Positions 27,926-36,552 of a stretch of 64,000 nt of DNA are shown here, in pieces. This stretch comes from an uncultured Chloroflexia bacterium (GTDB lineage: Bacteria; Chloroflexota; Chloroflexia; DTKN01): assembly GCA_964613665.1 (NCBI GenBank), contig CAZTIG010000018.1, positions 2,174 through 66,173 of the forward strand, in the 5' to 3' direction. The notes below the pieces were generated by a model. The model had not been told where the DNA came from and made no database searches. It saw only the letters and a list, made by a program, of their open reading frames with translations. The translations under genes and the position numbers were made by a program. How positions within the stretch are numbered: position 1 is the stretch's first letter; the number at the start of each line of letters is the position of its first letter.

Positions 27926-29425
27926 ATGGAGAGACCGCTGCGGGCAGCCCTGGCGACACTGGGCTGCCGGGTCAACTTCAGCGAGACCGACGCGCTGCGC
28001 GGGCTGCTGCAGGCGGCCGGGTACTTGCTGGTCGATTTCGACCAGGAGGCCGACCTCTACGTCGTCAACACCTGCACGGTCACGCACGTGGCCGACCGCA
28101 AGTCCAGGCAGATGTTGCGGCGGGCCGCGCGCCGCCGGCCGGGCGCCCTGGTCGTGGCGGTCGGCTGCGGTGCGGACGTCGACGCACCGGCGCTGCGTCA
28201 GGTGCCCGGGGTGGACCTGGTGCTGGACCGCGAGGAGGAGCCCGCGCTGGTGGAGCGGGTGCGGGCGCTCCTGGGGGCCCGCGGGCAGGAGGCGCCGGCC
28301 GGCGGCGCGCGGCCGCGGCTTCTGCCGGCGCACCCGACTCGGGCGCTGATCAAGGTCCAGGACGGCTGCGACAACCGCTGCGCCTACTGCATTGTCGCCA
28401 TCGCCCGCGGGCCCAGCCGCTCGCGCCCGGCGGGCGAGATCTTGGCCGAGGTGCAGGAAGTCCTGCGGGCCGGCTCCGTGGAGATCGTCCTCAGCGGCAT
28501 CAATCTGGGGGCGTACCGCGATCCGCAGGTGGGAGACCTGGCCGGCCTGGCGCGCTATCTCCTGGACGGCGCGCCCATCCGGCGCTTGCGCTTCAGCTCC
28601 ATCGAGCCCCAGGACCTGCCGTCCGGGCTGCTCGACCTCTGGCCCGACCCACGCCTGTGCCGGCACCTGCACCTGCCGCTGCAGAGCGGCTGCGACCGCA
28701 CCCTGGCCCGCATGGGCCGTCGCTACCGCCTGGCCGACATCCGCAGCCTGACCGCGGAGATCGTACGGCGCGTCCCCGGCGTCGGGCTGACCACGGACGT
28801 CATCGTGGGGTTCCCCGGGGAGACGGAGGAGGACTTGGCCGCGAGCCTGGCGGCGATCGCCGACCTGCCTTGGAGCGACCTGCACATCTTCCCGTTCTCG
28901 GCGCGGCCGGGGACCGCCGCGGCGGCGATGGCCGGACAGGTCTCTCCCGCCGTGATCCGTCGGCGCTGCGAGCAGGCCCACGACCTGGCCCGCCGGATGG
29001 CGCAGTCCTTTCGCCAGCGCCTCGTCGGGCACGAGCTGGCGGTCCTCTGGGACGGCCGCGCCGGGCCGGCCTGGAGCGGGCTCAGCGACAACTACGTGCG
29101 CGTGGTGGCCAGCGCGGCGGGCGAATGGCTGGGGCAGATCACCGCAACGCGCATCGCCGGCCTGGCCGGGGCAGCCCTGCGCGGACAGATCGTGCCGCAG
29201 CCCGTTGTCGTCCCGCGCGGCCGGCCCGGCGCGGCCGGGAGGGACAACCGCGGCTGTGCGCCGGCCCAGCCCACAGGGGCGATGCCCCTCGCGCCCGAAG
29301 CTTCCCTTCACGCCGACAGCAGGGTCGCGGCGGTGCACCACGAATGGCACGGGCCCGGCCTGCCCGAAGCGCGGCACAGCCGCACCATCGCGGCAAGTGG
29401 CGAATTTGCGTCTTTTGTTGTATAA
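27926..29425 (+). CDS. mtaB: tRNA methylthiotransferase MtaB (radical SAM, MiaB family) with a low-complexity C-terminal extension
   Basis: ALATLGCRVNFSE, the radical-SAM motif CDNRCAYC, and a TRAM-like end. The ORF then continues about 75 codons through an intergenic repeat to the TAA inside a TATAAT box. Confidence 0.88.
   Translation: MERPLRAALATLGCRVNFSETDALRGLLQAAGYLLVDFDQEADLYVVNTCTVTHVADRKSRQMLRRAARRRPGALVVAVGCGADVDAPALRQVPGVDLVLDREEEPALVERVRALLGARGQEAPAGGARPRLLPAHPTRALIKVQDGCDNRCAYCIVAIARGPSRSRPAGEILAEVQEVLRAGSVEIVLSGINLGAYRDPQVGDLAGLARYLLDGAPIRRLRFSSIEPQDLPSGLLDLWPDPRLCRHLHLPLQSGCDRTLARMGRRYRLADIRSLTAEIVRRVPGVGLTTDVIVGFPGETEEDLAASLAAIADLPWSDLHIFPFSARPGTAAAAMAGQVSPAVIRRRCEQAHDLARRMAQSFRQRLVGHELAVLWDGRAGPAWSGLSDNYVRVVASAAGEWLGQITATRIAGLAGAALRGQIVPQPVVVPRGRPGAAGRDNRGCAPAQPTGAMPLAPEASLHADSRVAAVHHEWHGPGLPEARHSRTIAASGEFASFVV
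29332..29393 (+). repeat. copy A of the ~62-nt intergenic repeat (starts with GGTGCACCACGAATGG)
   Basis: About 85 percent identical over 62 nt to the minus-strand copy at 46209-46148, and shares the first 16 nt with 14356-14341. Confidence 0.9.
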
Positions 29426-29426
29426 T
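29398..29426 (+). promoter_or_regulatory. promoter of the Roadblock-MglA operon
   Basis: Perfect TATAAT at 29421-29426, with a weak -35 (TGGCGA), 34 nt upstream of ATG 29460. Confidence 0.45.
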
Positions 29427-29459
29427 GCACTGGGGCATGGATATGAAGGAGGACAGGCG

Positions 29460-29825
29460 ATGACCACAGAAATCCGAGAGTTGCTGGGCTCGTTCCGTTC
29501 CTTGAACGGCGTCTCGCTCGCTGCCGTGGTCGCGACCGACGGCCTGCTGATCGAAGGGGTGGCCGATCCCGACGTGGACATGGACGCCATCTGCGCGGTG
29601 GCCTCCAATGGCCTGGTCATGGCCGAGGCCCTGGGGCGCGAGATCGGCAAGGGCGGCACCACTCAGGCCGTCCTGGAGTACGACAGCGGCCTGGTCATCC
29701 TGGAGCCGTTGAGCGAGGATGCGATGGTGCTCATCGTCTCCAGCCAGCGCAACAGCCTGGGCCGCGTCCGCTTCATGCTGAACCGCTACCATCAGTCCCT
29801 GTTCGATGCGGTGAACGCCATCTGA
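29460..29825 (+). CDS. Roadblock/LC7 (MglB-like) protein
   Basis: LNGVSLAAVVATDGLLIEG...VLEYDSGLVILEPL...MVLIVSS. AAGGAGG lies before the ATG. Confidence 0.85.
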   Translation: MTTEIRELLGSFRSLNGVSLAAVVATDGLLIEGVADPDVDMDAICAVASNGLVMAEALGREIGKGGTTQAVLEYDSGLVILEPLSEDAMVLIVSSQRNSLGRVRFMLNRYHQSLFDAVNAI

Positions 29826-29890
29826 GTCCATTTGCACCTACCGGATCGCCCGCGGTTGCTCCACCGGCAGGCAAGTGGTGAGGGAAAAGC

Positions 29891-30385
29891 ATGGAACCTC
29901 AGCTGAGCAGTCTGATTGTCTCTCTGGAGGAAAAAGAGTCCATCGACGGGTGCCTGCACCGTCTGGTCGAGGACACGGGGGCCACGCACGCCATGCTCCT
30001 CGACAAGAGCGGGCAGGTAATCGCCAGCTATGGACAGGTCGAACGACAGGACACCACCGCCCTGGGGGCGCTCCTGGCGGGGACCTTTGCCTCGTCGCGC
30101 GAGGTGGCGCGGCTCCTGAGGGAGAGGGATTTCCGCGTCCTGTTCCAGCAGGGCATCCGCGAGAACATCTTCACCGCTCTGGTCGAAGAGCAATGGATGC
30201 TGGCCATCGTGTTCGATAAGGGAACGCACATCGGCCTGGTCAAGGTCCTGACCAAGAAGGCCACCGAGGAGCTGGAGGCCATCCTGGAGCGCGTGCGCCA
30301 GGAAGGGAAGCTACGCGACGAGGTGATCAGCACCAGCTTCCGCACGTCGATGGAGGACACCATCGACCTCCTCTTCCGCGACTGA
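29891..30385 (+). CDS. second Roadblock/LC7-like protein with a C-terminal helical extension
   Basis: GATHAMLLDKSGQVIASYG...ALGALLAGTFASS...MLAIVFDK fits the Roadblock fold pattern. Confidence 0.7.
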   Translation: MEPQLSSLIVSLEEKESIDGCLHRLVEDTGATHAMLLDKSGQVIASYGQVERQDTTALGALLAGTFASSREVARLLRERDFRVLFQQGIRENIFTALVEEQWMLAIVFDKGTHIGLVKVLTKKATEELEAILERVRQEGKLRDEVISTSFRTSMEDTIDLLFRD

Positions 30386-30447
30386 CCCGGGCCGACGACG
30401 CGTGTCCGCGCAGATGGCGAGCATCTGTGACGTAAAGTGAGGCCAGC

Positions 30448-31038
30448 ATGGCGTTAATCAACATCGCGGCGAGGGAAATCCACTGCAAGATCGTCTACTA
30501 CGGCCCTGGCCTGAGCGGGAAGACGACCAACCTGAAGTACATCCACAGCCAGGTGCCGAAGGAGGCCAAAGGGGAGCTTCTTTCCATCGCCACCGAGACA
30601 GAGCGCACGCTCTTCTTCGATTTCCTCCCCCTGGACCTGGGACGAGTACGCGGTTTCCAGACCCGCTTTCACCTGTACACCGTCCCTGGGCAGGTGCTCT
30701 ACGAGCGCACCCGCGTTGCCGTGTTGAATGGAGCGGACGGCGTCGTATTCGTGGCCGACTCGCAGCGCAACAAGCTGGAGGAGAACGTCCGCAGCCTTCA
30801 GGAGCTGGCCCGCAACATCACCCGCCAGGGGAAGCGTTTCGCCGAGTTCCCGGTCATTCTGCAGTACAACAAGCGAGACCTGCCCAACGCTCTGCAAGTG
30901 GCGGTCCTCGACCGCTACCTGCGCTACCGCACCAGCGATGGCAACCTGGTCGAGCGCTTTGAGGCGGTCGCTTCCTCCGGCAGGGGAGTTTTCGACACCT
31001 TGAAGTCGATCAGCAAACTGGTGATCAGCAAGCTCTGA
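30448..31038 (+). CDS. mglA: Ras-like small GTPase MglA
   Basis: REIHCKIVYYGPGLSGKTTNLKYI...TLFFDFLP...RFHLYTVPGQV...LQYNKRDLPNA...VFDTLKSISKLV is near-colinear with the Myxococcus/Thermus MglA I recall. Confidence 0.92.
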   Translation: MALINIAAREIHCKIVYYGPGLSGKTTNLKYIHSQVPKEAKGELLSIATETERTLFFDFLPLDLGRVRGFQTRFHLYTVPGQVLYERTRVAVLNGADGVVFVADSQRNKLEENVRSLQELARNITRQGKRFAEFPVILQYNKRDLPNALQVAVLDRYLRYRTSDGNLVERFEAVASSGRGVFDTLKSISKLVISKL

Positions 31039-31064
31039 GCCCTCCCCAAGGTGCTTGAGGAAGA

Positions 31065-31895
31065 ATGCCCCTTCAAGGCGATCTCAGCGAATTCAGCCTG
31101 GCGGACATCATCCAGCTGGTCGACCTGAGCAAGCAGACTGGAGCCGTTCACATTGTCGGGGAACTCGAGGAGAAGGATGTCGAGGGGTGGATCTACTTCC
31201 GGAATGGACAGGCAATCTCGGCTCGGCTGGGCCGGCTAGCACCGCTGGAGGCGCTCTACTCCCTCTTCACCCTACCGGCGGGCTCCTTCATATTCGAAGA
31301 AGGGGTCGACCTGCCCGTACGGGAGATCCATGCCAGCAACGAGATGCTGATCATGGAGGGCATCCGCCGTGTGGACGAGTGGAATGCCCTGAAGGGCAAG
31401 GCTCCGCCCATGGACACCGTGCTGGGCCTGGTGACCACGACCGACGAGTATCGCCAGGAGATCAGCCTCGAGCCGGAGGAGTGGCGGGTCCTCACGCTGG
31501 TGGACGGCCGAAACACGGCGGCCGACATCGCCGATCGCAGTGGCCTGGGCGAGTTCCGCACGCGCCAGATCATCGTCAGCCTGCTGGAAGCCGGCCTGGT
31601 CGAGAAGAGAGAGGTTCGCGTCGGCGAGCGCCTATTCGAGGAGCTGGGGCGCATCGCCGTGGAGAGCCTGGGGCACTCGGCCCGCGTGCTGCTGGAGGAT
31701 GCCTTCAAGCGCCAGGGGCTCCAGCCGAAGGGCGAGGCCTCCCCAGAACAGATCCTGGCTGTCTGCACCGGATTCGAGCGCTCCATCTCCCTGCTGGTCG
31801 GTCCGTCGCGGGCCCACCGGCTCGTGGAGGATATGCGCCTGCGCGCGCGCCAGATCTTTGGCGAGGGCGTCTGGGATAGCGCCGTCCGGAAGTGA
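31065..31895 (+). CDS. DUF4388 domain protein (PatA-N-like) with a winged-helix-like C-terminus
   Basis: MPLQGDLSEFSLADIIQLV...IMEGIRRVDEW...EEWRVLTLVDGRNTAADIADRSGLGEFRTRQIIVSLLEAGLV. Paralog of 50184-51002. Confidence 0.8.
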   Translation: MPLQGDLSEFSLADIIQLVDLSKQTGAVHIVGELEEKDVEGWIYFRNGQAISARLGRLAPLEALYSLFTLPAGSFIFEEGVDLPVREIHASNEMLIMEGIRRVDEWNALKGKAPPMDTVLGLVTTTDEYRQEISLEPEEWRVLTLVDGRNTAADIADRSGLGEFRTRQIIVSLLEAGLVEKREVRVGERLFEELGRIAVESLGHSARVLLEDAFKRQGLQPKGEASPEQILAVCTGFERSISLLVGPSRAHRLVEDMRLRARQIFGEGVWDSAVRK

Positions 31896-32001
31896 CCGGA
31901 GGGCGCAGGCGAGGCCGCACACGCCGCGGCACAGGCCAGTCTGAGCCACGGCGGCCCGTGCATCACGCTGCGGCCTCGGCAGTGGCCGAAAAGGAGGTCC
32001 C

Positions 32002-33063
32002 ATGGAACCTGTCCTGAAGTTCATCCAGCGCCAGCGGTACCTGCTGGAGGCGATTGGCATCGTCGTGATCGCCGTCCTCCTGGGGATGGTCATCTTCCTC
32101 TACGACCGCATCCCGGGCCTGGGGCCGGCCGAGACGTCGACGCCGGTCGTGATCAACGAGGTCTACCCGGCCTTTTGTCGCCCAGACGCGCAGGACCCCA
32201 AGGTCTGCTCGGCCGACGAGCAGGCCCTGCGGCTGCACCAATGGTTCGAGCTGTACAACCGCACCGGCGACTGGAAGGTCCTGGAGGGGTGGGCGGTGGA
32301 GATGGTGCCAGGCGACATGCTGTCGCTGCCACGCATCGTCCTGCCGCCACACGGCTTTGCCGTGGTCGCCGCGGACGAGCAGCAGTTTCGCGCAGATCAC
32401 ACCGACTACCCGGGGCTGCTCGTTTCCCTCGCCGGGGGCTCCTGGCCGGGGATCGGTCGCCAGGATGGCTTCCTGGTCCTCTACGGGGCCGACCGCCAGG
32501 CGGTGGACTGGCTCAACTGGGGCAAGGTGGCAGCGCTGCCCGACAGCGTGAAGCAGATGTGGGCCACCCCGGGTTTTGCCCAGGGCGCTCCCGGCATCGT
32601 GAGCGCCGACGGCAAGATCCTGTCCGACCATTCGCTGGAGCGCAAGCCTCTGGGGGCAGACCGCGATGTCCCGGGCGACGTCATTCGGCAGCCCTTTCCC
32701 TCCCCGGGCACCATCCACGAGCCCAGCGGGACGGCGTTCACCCTGGGGCTGTTCATCGACTGGACCAACATCGTGTCCCTGGCCGGGGGAATTCTCCTGT
32801 GGGTGGCCTTTATCTACGTAGCGCTGATCGCCCGCCGCTTCGAGGCCCTGACGCAGCAGCGCACCTTCTGGCAGGCGATGCTGCTGGCCCCCTCGGGCAT
32901 CCTCTTCTACGTGATCGTGCAGTCGTACGGGTTCCGCACCCGCGGCTCGATGACGGTCGACGAGCAGTGGTGGGGTTTTGTCGTCCTCTTCGTGTCGGCG
33001 CTGCTGTGCGCTGCGCTGGTCTTTCTCTTCCGCCAGCGGGCCAAGAAGATACTGGAGGGTTAG
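32002..33063 (+). CDS. membrane protein with an extracytoplasmic lamin-tail domain (LTD)
   Basis: N-terminal TM helix, LTD motifs VVINEV and WFELYN...LEGW, and 3-4 C-terminal TM helices. AAGGAGG lies before the ATG. Confidence 0.75.
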   Translation: MEPVLKFIQRQRYLLEAIGIVVIAVLLGMVIFLYDRIPGLGPAETSTPVVINEVYPAFCRPDAQDPKVCSADEQALRLHQWFELYNRTGDWKVLEGWAVEMVPGDMLSLPRIVLPPHGFAVVAADEQQFRADHTDYPGLLVSLAGGSWPGIGRQDGFLVLYGADRQAVDWLNWGKVAALPDSVKQMWATPGFAQGAPGIVSADGKILSDHSLERKPLGADRDVPGDVIRQPFPSPGTIHEPSGTAFTLGLFIDWTNIVSLAGGILLWVAFIYVALIARRFEALTQQRTFWQAMLLAPSGILFYVIVQSYGFRTRGSMTVDEQWWGFVVLFVSALLCAALVFLFRQRAKKILEG

Positions 33064-33066
33064 GCC

Positions 33067-33453
33067 ATGGACTGGTTCACTCCGCATCTCGCCATCTGGG
33101 TTCCCTTTCCCCCGCTCTTCCTGGAGATCGGCTTTGTCCTCCTCGGCCTGGTCCTCTTCTGGTACGCCCGCATCCTGGGCTACTTGTTGGAGATGCTGGG
33201 CCGGCCGCCGTTGGACACCTGGGTACGCGTCGCCGGCTGGATCCTCATCCTGACCTTTTCCCTGCCGCACTACTATGTCAGCGCGGTGCTCTACCCGCAC
33301 TTTCGCAACCTCGGCCAGCTTGGCGCGCTGGCATCGCCGGCCATCCTGAGCCAGCTCTGGTTCTGCCGGACGCTCTCCTTCTTCGGCATGTGCGTGGCAG
33401 CCATCCTGGCCTTTGTCCCCGGGTTCATGTACTACCGCTGGACCAGCGAGTAG
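33067..33453 (+). CDS. small polytopic membrane protein, unknown function
   Basis: About four hydrophobic segments. The ATG lies 3 nt after the previous stop and is preceded by GGAGGG. Confidence 0.6.
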   Translation: MDWFTPHLAIWVPFPPLFLEIGFVLLGLVLFWYARILGYLLEMLGRPPLDTWVRVAGWILILTFSLPHYYVSAVLYPHFRNLGQLGALASPAILSQLWFCRTLSFFGMCVAAILAFVPGFMYYRWTSE

Positions 33454-33461
33454 GGCCTGAT

Positions 33462-33502
33462 GCCGTCCTGCCGCAGGGGGTTCGTCCCTGCGGCAGGACG
33501 GC
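33462..33502 (+). terminator. strong hairpin terminator (possibly bidirectional) closing the MglA operon
   Basis: A 17-bp perfect stem (GCCGTCCTGCCGCAGGG / CCCTGCGGCAGGACGGC) is followed by CUGUUUCU. It lies between convergent genes. Confidence 0.6.
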
Positions 33503-33533
33503 CTGTTTCTGAAGGGAGTGCGGCACGGGAGCG

Positions 33534-34492
33534 TCAGTGCCTCTTTACCAGGATCAGCCGCAGCCACTGTGACAGGCTCAGCCAGGCCATGAACAGGGCA
33601 TAGGCCACTACCGTGGCCCGGCCGGCCGGTCCACGCCGCCACAGCCGCTCGGCCAGGGCGGCAGCGCCGAGGCAAAGCAGTGGGAACATGAAGAAGACGT
33701 GCTTCAGGACCATGTCGGCGACCAGCCCGCTGAAGAGGGCAAAGAGGGAAAAGGCGAGCAGCCAGGCCAGCAGCAGCGCGCGCCAGCGCCGCCGGGCCCG
33801 CTCGCACAGGAGCAGCACCACGCCGCTCAGGGAAAAGGCCACCGCCAGGTCGCTGACCCGGTTGCGCACAAAGATCCAGTTGGCCACCCAGTTGCTGAGC
33901 AGGCCCTCCCGCGGGTCGACGGCCAGGTCGCCCAGGCTGCCCGTCCCCGCCGACCGGACGATGGCCGGCAGCGTCTCCTGCCAGAACACCGCGGCAAAGT
34001 TGCCGTGGTAGAGGACCAAGACCACGGCCTCGGCCAGCACGATGCCCCCCAGAATGGCCGCCCGCCGGCCGCGCTGGGCCGGGCCGGCCGCCAGCAGCGG
34101 CTCCAACAGGACCAGCAGGAGCAGCAGCGCCACCGTCAGGATCCCCACCACGGTGTAGGAGAGGATGGCCAAGGCTAGCACAGCCACCCAGTGGACCCAG
34201 GCGGGCCGTCGCCCAATATTCTCATAGGAAAGGACGGGGTAGGTCAACGCCGCCAGCGCACTCCATAACCCCACCTGCGTCGGATAGTTCCCCCAGGACA
34301 GCAGGTAGTACGGCGCCGGCAAGACAGCCCCCCCACATCCACCGTCACGGGGCCGGGGCACTGATAGGCCAGGAAGACGAGGAGAATGGTGCCGAGAACG
34401 ACGGCCAGCGCCGGCCAGCCCAGCCCGCCGCGCAGTATCAGCCAGATACGCCGCGCCAACATCCGCCCGCCCGACCGGCGTGTGCCTGCCAT
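33534..34492 (-). pseudogene. polytopic membrane protein interrupted by a frameshift at a C7/G7 homopolymer
   Basis: The N-terminus (ATG 34492, MAGTRR...TVDVGG) is in one frame and the remaining roughly 265 codons (AVLPAPYYLLSWGNY...) are in another. The switch is at the run 34328-34334, and one extra G would fuse the two. Confidence 0.5.
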
Positions 34493-34622
34493 ACCTGGTT
34501 CCCTCTGACGCCATTCACAGCGGCACGATCGGCCTGCCTCCAGCGGTGTCGTCTGGCACCCAGGAAGCTCGCTCCCGCCGGCGGATGCTGCCGCCTGCCC
34601 CCCACCAGCGGTGCGCCAGGCC

Positions 34623-36215
34623 TTACGGCAGCTCCACGACCTCCCCCTCCGCCAACCCTCCCAGCACCTCCACGTTCTCGCTGTCGGACACCCCCAGGGT
34701 GACCCGCACGCGCTCGCGCCCGCCGCCGCGCAGCACCGTCACGTACGTGCCGGCCCCGACCCTCTCCACCGCCTGCCGCGGGATCAGCAGGGCTGCCGAC
34801 CGCTCCACTGTGACCACCGTCAGGTTGGCCGTCATGCCCAGGCGCAGCGTCAGGGTGGGAACCCCGGCGGCGCCCGGCAGTTGGGCCGAAGCGGGCCCTC
34901 CGCCCAGGAAGACGATGGCCCGATACGAGGCCGTGCCGCGGTCGACAGTCACGGCCGGCGCGATCTCGCCGACGCGACCGCTCAGCGGTCGCCCGGGGTA
35001 GGCGTCCAGGGTGATGGTCACCGGCTGCCCCGGCGACACCTGCCCGACGTCGATCTCGTCGATGCGGGCCTCGATCTGCAGCCGCCGCATGTCGGCCAAC
35101 CGCAGCAGGGCACTGCCCGGGCCGACGATCTCCCCTTCCTTGACCGTCACCTCGACCACCGTGCCGTCGAAAGGCGCGCGCACAGAGGCCTTGTCCCGGT
35201 CCACCAGGGCCTCCTCCAGGTCGAGCCGGGCCAGCTCCAGCTCCTTCTCCAGGATGCGGACGGCGCTGGGGCTCGCCCCGGCGGCGAGCCCATCCAGCAC
35301 CGCCTGGGCTCGCTCCACCTGCGCCTGCGCCTGGGCCAGTTCGGCTGCTGTGGGGCCGGCGAGCAGGGCCTGCAGGCGGGCGCGCGCCTCGGCCAGGCGC
35401 GACTGCGCCGTGGCCAAAGCTGCCTCCCGGTCCTGCTGAGCCTGCTCGTGGGCTAGGCGGGCCTGCTCCATCGCCGCCGTGGCGTCCTGGACCAGCCGCC
35501 AGGCACTGGACTCGGCGTCCTTCTGCGCCTGCGACAGCTCCAGGCCCATCTGCCGCAGGCGCTCGTTCTCCCAGTAGACGCGGCTGTACGCGTCCTGGGC
35601 GTTGCGCAGGGCGTTGGCGGCCGTCTCCCAGCTCAGCCGCGTCGTCTCCACGGCCACCGCGGTGGACTGCCGGGCCTGGGCCAGCGCGGCCTCGGCCCGC
35701 ACCACCTCCTGCCGGGCCGAGGTCGCGTCCTCGGGCCGCGGGTCCTGCAGCGCCTGCAGGCGGGCCCTGGCGGCGGCCAGGTCGGCCTCGGCCGCCGCGA
35801 CCTCCTCGGGCTGGGCGCCCTCGCCGGCCTGCTCGAGGCGCAACTGAGCCAACTCCACGCGAAGCCGGGCCTCGCTCACCCGGTAGGCCAGCGCGCTGGC
35901 CTCCACGGAGACGAGCAGCGTGCCGCTGAGCACCTCGTCGCCCGGCTTGACCAGGAGCTCCGACACCTGTCCGGAGACGCGGCTGGAGAGCTGCACGGCG
36001 CGCGCCGAGGCCACCTCGCCGCCGGCCAGCACCGTGCCGCGGATCGTGCCCCGCCGGACCGCCACCGTGGCCGTCCCGCGCGGCAGGCCCCACAGCAGGT
36101 AGGCGCCCAGACCGGCCAGCACCACCAGGACCAGTCCGGCCCACACGTAGCGCCAGCGGCGACGACGACTTGCAATTTCCTCTTCTTTCTGGTATAATGC
36201 GTTTTGCTCTGTCAT
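34623..36215 (-). CDS. HlyD-family / efflux periplasmic adaptor protein
   Basis: N-terminal TM helix, a lipoyl-like segment (VSGQVSELLVKPGDEV), a long Ala/Gln/Glu-rich coiled coil, then APFDGTVVEV. The start is at MTEQNALYQ. Confidence 0.85.
   Translation of the reverse strand: MTEQNALYQKEEEIASRRRRWRYVWAGLVLVVLAGLGAYLLWGLPRGTATVAVRRGTIRGTVLAGGEVASARAVQLSSRVSGQVSELLVKPGDEVLSGTLLVSVEASALAYRVSEARLRVELAQLRLEQAGEGAQPEEVAAAEADLAAARARLQALQDPRPEDATSARQEVVRAEAALAQARQSTAVAVETTRLSWETAANALRNAQDAYSRVYWENERLRQMGLELSQAQKDAESSAWRLVQDATAAMEQARLAHEQAQQDREAALATAQSRLAEARARLQALLAGPTAAELAQAQAQVERAQAVLDGLAAGASPSAVRILEKELELARLDLEEALVDRDKASVRAPFDGTVVEVTVKEGEIVGPGSALLRLADMRRLQIEARIDEIDVGQVSPGQPVTITLDAYPGRPLSGRVGEIAPAVTVDRGTASYRAIVFLGGGPASAQLPGAAGVPTLTLRLGMTANLTVVTVERSAALLIPRQAVERVGAGTYVTVLRGGGRERVRVTLGVSDSENVEVLGGLAEGEVVELP
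36170..36198 (+). promoter_or_regulatory. sigma-70 promoter for rpsT
   Basis: TTGCAA-N17-(TGg)TATAAT. It lies inside the 5' end of the divergent HlyD-family gene. Confidence 0.7.
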
Positions 36216-36245
36216 CGGAATCAGCTCGAAGGAGGACCCTGTCGC

Positions 36246-36527
36246 ATGGCTACACGTTCGGCTATGAAGCGCATCCGCCAGGCTCAGCGCCGGCAGCAGC
36301 GCAACCTGATGATCCGGTCGCGGGTCAAGACCCTCATTCGCAAGGCCCGCCAGACCATCGAGGCCAGCGACCTCTCGCAGGCACAGATGGCCGTCGGCGA
36401 CGCCATCAGCGCCCTGGACAAGGCCGCCGAGCGCGGCGTCCTGCACCGCAACAACGCCGCCCGCCGCAAGTCGCGCCTGATGCGCCGCTACAACAACGCC
36501 TTCCGCACCACCACCCCGGCGGCCTGA
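36246..36527 (+). CDS. rpsT: 30S ribosomal protein S20
   Basis: MATRSAMKRIRQAQRRQQRNLMIRSRVKTLIRKA...VLHRNNAARRKSRL. GAAGGAGG lies before the ATG. Confidence 0.93.
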   Translation: MATRSAMKRIRQAQRRQQRNLMIRSRVKTLIRKARQTIEASDLSQAQMAVGDAISALDKAAERGVLHRNNAARRKSRLMRRYNNAFRTTTPAA

Positions 36528-36552
36528 TCGGCGCGCTCCCCACAGTCCTGAC

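Noticed and set aside
26415-27959. A 514-aa ORF implying a much longer DprA.
   Set aside because: DprA homology starts at MQRYYLG (27485), directly downstream of a TGGACA-N17-TGgTATAAT promoter. The upstream part crosses that promoter and the divergent gene.
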